From positions 1 through 8,480 of the forward strand of contig VRVR01000008.1 of the NCBI GenBank assembly GCA_009859145.1: a stretch of DNA of 8,480 nt, given 5' to 3'. Shown here piece after piece: positions 1-6,956 of this stretch. The first letter of the stretch is position 1, and each line of letters begins with the position of its first letter. Under the pieces are notes generated by a model, which worked only from the letters and a program-made list of their open reading frames with translations, ran no database searches and was not told the DNA's origin. The position numbers and the translations under genes were made by a program. The DNA is from Andalucia godoyi And28 (lineage: Eukaryota; Protista; Jakobida).

Positions 1-135
1 TGGGTCTGCTGATCTGCGATCATTCTTTCTTTCTTACTTTTCTCTGTTTCGTCGACTTCTGTATTCGATCTCTTCAGTTACTTCCTATCCTTATCTTTTA
101 TTCGATAAAGCCCAAGTCCTCGAAGTCTCTTCTCG

Positions 136-855
136 TCACACTATCTCCCCACATTCATGACACTTGATGACTTCCTTCTTCACCGGGGCCTCTGACACCG
201 GACGACGATTTCCCGGGACCGTCGCGGGCTTGCGGGAGCCTGTTTCCAAAGGGAGTTCTGGGTACATGGCGTGAACCATGCTGATTTCAGTTGCCATGTG
301 CCTGAGAACCTCTGCCTCTTCAAGAGCCATACGCTTGGCATTGTCCAAAGAGTCTGGATCTCGGAAACGAACGCGCTCCGCAAGACGCGCGGGTTTCAGC
401 TTATCCACAAACAGTTTGCGGAGATGCTTGTCGCTTGGAAGTGCGTTCCGGCATCTCTGCTGTTCCTTTTCGAAATCCAAAATGAAACTGAGCAACGCAT
501 CCATGGATATACCACGAGCATTTGGCATGTTCAGTTTCTTGAATCTATCAAAGCTTTCCAACGAGGACGAAGGCGCGAACATACGCGAGACCAAGGAAAT
601 AAAGCGCTCTTCCTCTATTTCAGAGTCATCCTTTTCATCCCTTCCTTCCTTTTCGCCTTTCACAGGCGGTTCATCAGCTTCATGAAGCCTGATGGAGATG
701 ATTCGAAGAACTTGGTTGCTGACCAGTTGCATGATGTTCCGTACGCCACCACGGGCCTTGTAGCCCTCATAGGCATCCAAGAAGTCGGACCAGCTGCTGG
801 CATTCAATTTCTCCAGAAACGGAGGAGTGTTTGCAAACACGTGTTGTTCCTGCAT
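136..855 (-). CDS. Retrotransposon Gag-like protein (Ty3/gypsy-like capsid region plus truncated CCHC zinc knuckle), probably defective
   Basis: 239-aa ATG ORF. LFVDKLKPARLAERVRFRDPDSLDNAKRMALEEA fits the LTR-retrotransposon capsid C-terminal pattern (F-x2-L-x-P...V...P-x-S/T-L-x2-A). It is followed by a Pro/basic linker and KCHECGEI, the first half of a C-x2-C-x4-H-x4-C knuckle, and then an immediate TGA. Confidence 0.75.
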   Translation of the reverse strand: MQEQHVFANTPPFLEKLNASSWSDFLDAYEGYKARGGVRNIMQLVSNQVLRIISIRLHEADEPPVKGEKEGRDEKDDSEIEEERFISLVSRMFAPSSSLESFDRFKKLNMPNARGISMDALLSFILDFEKEQQRCRNALPSDKHLRKLFVDKLKPARLAERVRFRDPDSLDNAKRMALEEAEVLRHMATEISMVHAMYPELPLETGSRKPATVPGNRRPVSEAPVKKEVIKCHECGEIV

Positions 856-1022
856 AGCAGTTATCGAGTATTAATACTGTGATAAAACAAACAAAGAAAT
901 CACCTAATTATTTTTATTTACTAAAGAAATAAACATAACAAAGCCAACAGAAGCTTAAATAGCAAAACAAACAGACAAAGGACCGTTTGATTTGATTCGA
1001 TCAAACAAACAAACGGTTCAAT

Positions 1023-1040
1023 GGGAAATGCAATTCTCCA
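1023..1040 (-). promoter_or_regulatory. Candidate primer-binding site TGGAGAATTGCATTTCCC
   Basis: Begins with TGG immediately after TGTCGACA on the gag strand, about 170-185 nt upstream of the gag ATG. The cognate tRNA is not established. Confidence 0.2.
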
Positions 1041-1060
1041 TGTCGACACCTGTCGACATG
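1039..1060. repeat. Perfect 10-bp inverted repeat catgtcgaca-cc-tgtcgacatg
   Basis: Read directly. Each arm contains the self-palindromic octamer TGTCGACA (1041-1048 and 1051-1058). Confidence 0.9.
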
Positions 1061-1189
1061 ACAGCACCATTGGCACTCACCAATGAAGATGGGGTCCAGA
1101 TCATTCGACAAACCATCAAACGTTGCATCCCATGACAAGACCGATGGTGGTGCGCGTGATTTACGTAAGACAGTCAACGAAAATCAAAC

Positions 1190-1196
1190 TTTTATA
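1190..1196 (-). promoter_or_regulatory. TATA-like box (TATAAAA) oriented toward gag
   Basis: Plus-strand ttttata at 1190-1196, lying between a GCGC-rich block and the candidate LTR end. Motif match only. Confidence 0.2.
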
Positions 1197-1270
1197 TTAA
1201 AAACCGCGTCAGCGCGACAGGTTTTGTGCTCAGCAGCCATAGCGCGCCTTGGATGCGCTGAAAGCGAAGT

Positions 1271-1282
1271 GCGCGCGCGCGC
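1271..1282. repeat. (GC)6 dinucleotide tract
   Basis: gcgcgcgcgcgc read directly, inside a GCGC-rich region. Confidence 0.9.
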
Positions 1283-1620
1283 TTAACGATTAGCGCGTGC
1301 GCCAGCCCGAATTACAACCTTGTCTAATTCGTTCGCGAATGAATTCCCTGGTGAGTTTTCTCCTAATATTCAGCTGGGTTCAAACCAAAGGACTGCAGTG
1401 CACAATAAAGAGAGATAATTTAATTTTACTGAGTGCGAAATTGAGTTGGCGCGTTTTGAATTTTGCGCTAACTCGATCTGGCGTAAATCCAGATAGCGCG
1501 TGACAGCTGTGGACCATTTTCCGTGTTTGTGTCAGTCGCTCTTGGAAATGTCATGTATGGTTTCGCTTTGTGCTTGTTTTATGAAAGTAAAAGAGTATTC
1601 ATATGAATCGGATTTGGATA

Positions 1621-3440
1621 TTATGAGTGTTTTCGGGAGCGAAGCCAGTGCATCAGATCAGATGAAATGACGGCGGCGACAACGACGAGGGACATGTAAA
1701 CTCGACAAGTGTGAAATGCACAACACGAACAAGGGATCACCGGACATCGCTCTTCTGTTTCGCGGTGAATCGAACTTGAGTCGGTAGAGTCTTTTCTGGC
1801 CGCAACAAAGGGATAGAAAGTGCCCGTCTCGCCGACATGACTTCCGCACGAGGGTGGCCGTGTCGATTGCTGGATGTGCGCTCTCTGCCAGCTGGCCCCC
1901 TGGCTGCAGTGCATGCCTGCGCCACGCATCAAGCATTCCACGACGCTGTTGAATCGTCCGTGAGTACTGCGCAACGCGTGATTGCGGATGAAGCGTGTGT
2001 GTGCTTGCTCTTCAGTTGCTGCTTGCCGCGCTTGTTCGCTTCGCTTCCTCCAGCTCTTTGCCACGACTCGTCTGCTGCGCCATCATCGTTGATGTCGACG
2101 ATTCCTAGCAGTCGATCAATCGCACTCGGCCGGCTATCGTCGTGACGTTTCCCAGCGACGATGACGTCCCGCTCATGCTGTCTGCTGTTCATTCTCGAAC
2201 CCGCTTGCGGATCATCGCCGTCGAACGACAGCAGGGTCGCGCACGGGACAGGCGATGCCAGAGCGACGCACGCCGGTCTGCCAATGGACGAGCGATTGCG
2301 CTCGGCGACCAGTTCCGCCGCAGCTGCTGCAACATCTTCAACAGATACAACATTCGACATCGTCGCAGTTCGTCTGCCGCGTGCACTTCGTTTTTCGTCG
2401 CATTTGGACAACAGAGTCTCGATGTCGCCACCGTTGGCCCACTTCGGTGCACGGCACAGAGCTTCGAATGCAGCAAGCAGCGAGCGCTCGGCATCGCGGA
2501 ACTGCAGATGACTCCACCTGGTGCTTGTTCTCAGGACAGAGAGCGCCGCTGTCGTGGCCGTATCGGGGCTCCAGTCCTCGAATATCCAAGTCTCTTTGAA
2601 TCGCCGGTACAGCCCGTCGTTGGAGCGCATCAGCTCTTCGACATCGGCTTCGTATCCTGCAAAGATGACCACGATCTTCCCGACAAACTCGGTGTCGGTG
2701 AGACACTGCACGATCTGGTCGACGATCTCCTGGTTGAATGTGCCTGGTCGTGGAATGAGCGCGTACGCTTCATCCACAAAGAGAACTCCTCCGAGCGCAC
2801 TGCGGAGCATTTCCCTCGTTTGCCTCCCTGCCTGTCCAACGTATCCGGTCTGCAGCCTCGATGCGGACGTCTCGACACACTTGTCGGAGGGCAGGACGCC
2901 GAGAGAATGCAAAATCGATGCCATGGCACGCGCAATCGTCGTCTTTCCGGTGCCCGGCTTCCCAACGAACTTGTAGTGGGATATCAAGTCGCGGGGATCG
3001 CGATGGAACAGCCGCGCTTCCCGAGCCGCCGCCTCCAGTTCGATCGTTATACCTCTGAATGCCGTTGGCGACGAGGGACTTCACCGCTCCTGCGTTCCCC
3101 AAGTTGGGCATGCACCGAAGGCCGGCCAGGTGCTTGATGCACATCTCGGCGACATCCCGAGGTATGTCAAAGTTTGCAGACCTCGCATCGCCGACCAAAA
3201 TGCGCTCCAGCTCCGAGTCCGAGAAGTCGTCCAGGCGCAGACGACGCTCAAACTGCACGCGACGACTGAGGCCGGGATTCGCATTGCGGATCATGTCCTC
3301 CATCTGCTGTTCGTACCCCGCCAAAATCAAGCACATATCAGCATCGGGCTCCGGAGACACGAGCCCGACAAAGGATGTTGTTCGCTGTTTGGAGCTTGCC
3401 ACGACCGCCGAATGCCTTTGGTGAGGACGACAACTAGTCT
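1621..3440 (-). pseudogene. Frameshifted and internally deleted remnant of a tandem CbxX/CfxQ/SpoVK-type AAA+ ATPase gene
   Basis: One nearly complete AAA module lies in the 1929..2987 frame. The C-terminal half of a preceding module lies in the 2770..3402 frame (CLILAGYEQQMEDMIRNANPGLSRR...DFSDSELERIL...PNLGNAGAV). The frames switch at ~3040-3050 with the linker missing, and further shifts are likely at ~3370 and ~2040-2065. No Walker A/B for the first module and no plausible ATG start. Outer limits are approximate. Confidence 0.75.
2304..2987 (-). other. Intact CbxX-like AAA+ domain within the pseudogene
   Basis: Walker A GKPGTGKT (2963-2940), GYVGQ motif, Walker B VLFVDEAY (2786-2763), IFAGY, arginine finger GLYRRF, and lid motif WANGGDI...EDV. 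Confidence 0.9.
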
Positions 3441-3689
3441 TTGGAAAGGAAGAAGTCGCGTATCATGGAACCTTTGTTGAATCCTGTTTTTATAAAACTA
3501 TTCCTCCCACGATGCAACAGTGGGCGGCCTCCATGGGGCTGCAGTCGTCAAGAAGAGTGAGAACCACCATGACCCACACATTCATGCTTGATCCGCTCTC
3601 TGAGGTAAAAACGTCATTTGTCGGGACGATGCTGCGTCACAGGCACATTTTCTTTCACCTCCGCATTCGAGAACGCCATGCCTCGGCCG

Positions 3690-4589
3690 TTAGCTCGCAC
3701 CGACGGTGCGGAAATTGTCGTCCCCTCTTTTCGCAGTCTGTCTGCAGCGACTTGCCGTGTTTTCATGCATAGCCACGAGCCAGAGCGAAGTGCGATTGTC
3801 GGATTCAAGCACATGTGCATTCTTTAATAACATTACTGGTGTTCTTGCTGGCGGTCGGTCAGGTGTTCTGCGTCTCCGTGCCAGCAGCCTCTTTGCAGTT
3901 GTTTTGCTGAGCACCGCTGAACAACAGTGTTTATGATCTGGATCAAATTGTTCGCGCAACAGCTCGTGATCGCATCCATCGAAAATACGATGCTTAGTGC
4001 ACTCGTGATCGACAGTCGGTCACTGACGGTGTGCACCAACATACCCACAAGAATCGAAAGCACGTTGGGAAGGATCCATTCATGTGAACCAGTGTTCCCT
4101 GTGTGCAGACATTCGTCTACGTGTGGCATACTGCGCTCGTTCAGCAACGGACATTCCTTGGAACAGCTCCGCAGCACCTCGATTCCATCTCCCTGCTTCC
4201 AGGCACAGCAGCAGTCACTGGAGCAGTAAGCATCCTTCCACAATTCCAAGAGGACGCACCTGGCTTTTCAGAGCAACCGAGCTGGTTCGGGAGCCGCTGT
4301 TTTGCGAGTGGATGTCCAGATGCCCGAACCCTAGACGCTGCAGGCTCTCAACAATCTCAGAGACAAGCTCAGCCGATGATGCCGGGTTAAGACGAGGCAG
4401 TGCTGCGTCGCCGTCACGGTCCATTGTCCTATACCACGGCACTAGCCTTCGAAACAACACTGGTCTGCCTTGCGCATCCCGATTAGCCACCCTTCAGCGA
4501 ATGCAGGGAAGCAGCAGCAGCACAGCATCACAGGCGAGGACTGGATCATCGAAAGAACTTAGGAAACAGGTCCGGCAGTGAGTATGCAT
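3690..4589 (-). pseudogene. Possible degraded protein-kinase-like sequence
   Basis: EIVESLQRLGFGHLDIHSQN (HxDxxxxN at 4322-4299) resembles subdomains VIa-VIb. Subdomain XI-like strings occur downstream (MDPSQR in the same frame, MLVHTVSDRLSITSAL in another). No Gly-rich loop, VAIK or DFG, and several in-frame TGA codons. Confidence 0.3.
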
Positions 4590-4771
4590 GCAAAACGACG
4601 CTCAAATTGGGTTTTGTGCGTAAGATGTTGCAGTTTTCGGTATCGATAATTAAACAAAAGAGAATCCAAACTAACCGAAGGGTGAAGAATAACGACTTTG
4701 TAATAACAAGTTCGAAAGAGTCAACGCATCAATCTGCGATGTGCAAAAAACAGTGGGCGGGGGTGTAACAC

Positions 4772-4806
4772 AGAGAGAGAGGGAGAGAGAGAGGGAGGGA
4801 GAGAGA
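4772..4806 (+). repeat. 35-nt pure purine (GA)n/GGGA microsatellite
   Basis: agagagagagggagagagagagggagggagagaga read directly, preceded by GGGCGGGGG at 4755-4763. Confidence 0.9.
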
Positions 4807-4859
4807 TAGACAGAAAGTGGACCCGGCTAGTTTATGCCCGCTTACGATAAGAGATTCAT

Positions 4860-6956
4860 ATGATCTGCATCGTTCCACAATATCGTTTCGTCTTTTTGAT
4901 TTTGTTGCCCGCCTGTGCAACGTCCATTTTCAGTTCATTTTCAATGATGATGGATGCAACCAAAGAGAAACCGTCGTTGTTTTCTCGGATGAAAGAATGG
5001 CGGCCGAACTTTTTCGTGTGTCATCTTTCCTACTTTGTGCTTGTTGGCTTTCTCGGTTCGTTTGTATTTGTCGGGACGGAAGGATCCAGTCTGGCATATA
5101 TTGATGCGCTGTTCACGTCGTTTTCCGCACTAACAGTGACTGGATTATCCAGCGTGAATATTTGCGCATGGTCTCTGAAATCGCAAGTTGTACTGATGAT
5201 TCTCATGATTGCTGGTTCGACTGTGTTTCTGTCTGTTGTCCCTTCTGTCCTACGCTTGTTCTACATGACCAAATGCGTGCAGGCCGAGTTCACAACGACG
5301 TCAAAACTTAAGCGATGGGTCAACAGCTCAAAGGGTGCAGAGCTGCGAGCACTTCGGGCTCTTATTCCAATTGTTTTAACGTACTATTTCGGACTTTTAG
5401 CACTGGGAATAATTGCCCTTGGTTTCCACTTTACTGCGGACTCGTATGCATTCAAGAGTGTTTTGAACGGCATCAATCCATGGTATTTTGCTGTGTTTCA
5501 TGTCTGTTCTGCATTCAACAATTGCGGCTTTGCGCTGCTGGTCAGCAACTTCATAGAATTTGCAGAGGATGATCCAACGCTCATCATCGTGTCTCTGTTG
5601 ATCATTGCTGGTAACGTTGGGTACCCTGTGTTTCTTCGGATCTTTGTTTGGGCTATCTACAATTGCCAGTGGTTTTTTGAAGTCAAAGTTCTCAAGCGCA
5701 CCTGGATCGACAAGCGTTCCGCTTTGCGATACTTGCTGGACCATCCGCGTCGTGTGTTCACCCATTTATTCAGTGCATTCGAAACCTGTGTTTTGTTTTT
5801 TCTTATCCTCATCATGACGAGTGCGGAGATCGTGTGCTACTTTGTGCTTGAAACCGAAAATTCATTCATGGTTGCGTATTTCCAGGCAGTTTCTACTCGT
5901 ACTGCAGGCTTCAACATCGTGGATATGATGCTCCTGAACACAGGGCCCGTTGTTGTCTACACTTTTGCCATGTACCTATCGGCATATCCACAGATTTTTG
6001 CCATTCGAAAATCCGGGCGTGATGAAAAGCAAAAGGGTGAACATCTGCATCATTCCTCCGAGCATGCGACGTTTACAAATTCCAATGCGTATGCTAGAGC
6101 CAAGAAAAATGTGGCGGCTGATTTTGAGGGCCGTCCGCATGTTCCTCCATCCGGCTCTGTCGATTCGGCGGTATCCGGGGCGCACAGCGGTTGGCGACGA
6201 ACTGATCATGCCCTTTCTGATTCCGGGGACGATTCGGATGTGGAGAACAGCTCGAATGCATGTTTATCCAAGAGCAGGAGCAATCCTCTTGTGTCGTGCA
6301 CGGCGAATATGCAAATGTCTTGTCCAGAGCCTTCACCATCGGCTGCGATGGCCAAGAATCAGATTTCTCGATCCGAGGATAGAACGTCAGCTGGGTCGGG
6401 CGTCCATGAGGGGACGGATCAAGAGCCTTCCAAATTGACGGAAACGACAATTCCCACGTCTAGAGCTGATGCTGACCCGCGCACTGCCGCAGATCGAAAC
6501 CTCGTCTACGTATCACCTCGCCGGCCAAGTGCAAATCAACTGCTGCATGCTGCAAAGGAAAACGTGGAAAATATTGCTGCAAACGCGTCCCAGGATGCAG
6601 CAGAGCTCGTGATCCGCGACTTGAAGTACATTTTAGTTGCAATGCTTGTTGTTGCTGTTGTTGAGAACTCCGCGCAGTTCTCGACTTACAATATTGTGTT
6701 CGAGTTGTTTTCTGCGTATGGTACAGTGGGACTGTCTCTTGGATATCCTGGCAGCATCGTATCTTACTCCGGGTCTCTCTTTTGGATTTCCAAGCTCGCC
6801 ATCATCTGCATCATGTTGCTTGGCCGTCACCGGGGTCTGCCGTCCTCTATTGATTCTGCCGTTCAATTTAAGTTCAACAAGATCAGATTCGATCTAACTA
6901 GCTTCGGCAGCATAGGGGGGGCTCTGAACAATGAGGAATTTGAGAGTCATCTTTAA
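4860..6956 (+). CDS. TRK: Trk/HKT/Ktr-family potassium transporter (eukaryotic Trk type); true start may be the ATG cluster at 4944-4952
   Basis: 698-aa uninterrupted ORF ending in TAA. Four M-P-M repeats have the P-loop signatures SALTVTGL, SAFNNCGF, STRTAGF and SAYGTVGLSLG. It also has the GN-x-GYP-x-FLR and LLDHPRR-x-FT-x-LF motifs and a C-terminal GRHRGLP...D, all typical of fungal Trk and plant HKT proteins. Confidence 0.96.
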   Translation: MICIVPQYRFVFLILLPACATSIFSSFSMMMDATKEKPSLFSRMKEWRPNFFVCHLSYFVLVGFLGSFVFVGTEGSSLAYIDALFTSFSALTVTGLSSVNICAWSLKSQVVLMILMIAGSTVFLSVVPSVLRLFYMTKCVQAEFTTTSKLKRWVNSSKGAELRALRALIPIVLTYYFGLLALGIIALGFHFTADSYAFKSVLNGINPWYFAVFHVCSAFNNCGFALLVSNFIEFAEDDPTLIIVSLLIIAGNVGYPVFLRIFVWAIYNCQWFFEVKVLKRTWIDKRSALRYLLDHPRRVFTHLFSAFETCVLFFLILIMTSAEIVCYFVLETENSFMVAYFQAVSTRTAGFNIVDMMLLNTGPVVVYTFAMYLSAYPQIFAIRKSGRDEKQKGEHLHHSSEHATFTNSNAYARAKKNVAADFEGRPHVPPSGSVDSAVSGAHSGWRRTDHALSDSGDDSDVENSSNACLSKSRSNPLVSCTANMQMSCPEPSPSAAMAKNQISRSEDRTSAGSGVHEGTDQEPSKLTETTIPTSRADADPRTAADRNLVYVSPRRPSANQLLHAAKENVENIAANASQDAAELVIRDLKYILVAMLVVAVVENSAQFSTYNIVFELFSAYGTVGLSLGYPGSIVSYSGSLFWISKLAIICIMLLGRHRGLPSSIDSAVQFKFNKIRFDLTSFGSIGGALNNEEFESHL

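Larger units (their letters stand above)
1..1505 (-). mobile_element. 5' part of a degenerate LTR retrotransposon (candidate LTR, leader, gag), continuing beyond the left edge
   Basis: Gag-like ORF, AT-rich leader (856-1020), candidate PBS at 1023-1040 and a TG...CA-bounded upstream segment. No protease, RT or integrase motif lies in the window. The right boundary is inferred. Confidence 0.45.
1041..1505 (-). repeat. Candidate 5' LTR (465 bp)
   Basis: On the minus strand it reads TGTCA...CGACA (4-bp terminal inverted repeat TGTC/GACA), is followed directly by TGG, and contains a TATAAAA oriented toward gag. The second LTR copy is not in the window, so this is unverified. Confidence 0.25.

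Noticed and set aside
271-882. 203-aa and 135-aa plus-strand ORFs over gag
   Set aside because: Antisense to the frame that carries the Gag motifs; no domain signal.
1020-1520. tRNA or other known RNA gene in the hairpin-rich region
   Set aside because: No cloverleaf, T-loop GTTCGA in the right context, or A/B box pair could be built by eye.
1597-1608. Perfect palindrome attcatatgaat (also ttttataaaa near 3487-3496)
   Set aside because: Short AT-rich palindromes are expected by chance in AT-rich spacers; no associated boundary evidence.
1929-2987. Call as a functional Rubisco activase CbbX/CfxQ gene
   Set aside because: The ORF begins at TTG with no ATG start, sits in tandem with a second broken module, and has no Rubisco context. 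Similarity is at family level only.
2142-3137. 331-aa plus-strand ORF
   Set aside because: Antisense shadow of the AAA+ coding frame; Arg/low-complexity translation with no recognisable motifs.
3963-4011. Direct repeat ctcgtgatcg at 3963 and 4002
   Set aside because: Only two 10-bp copies, with a similar string inside TRK; no array structure, so not CRISPR-like.
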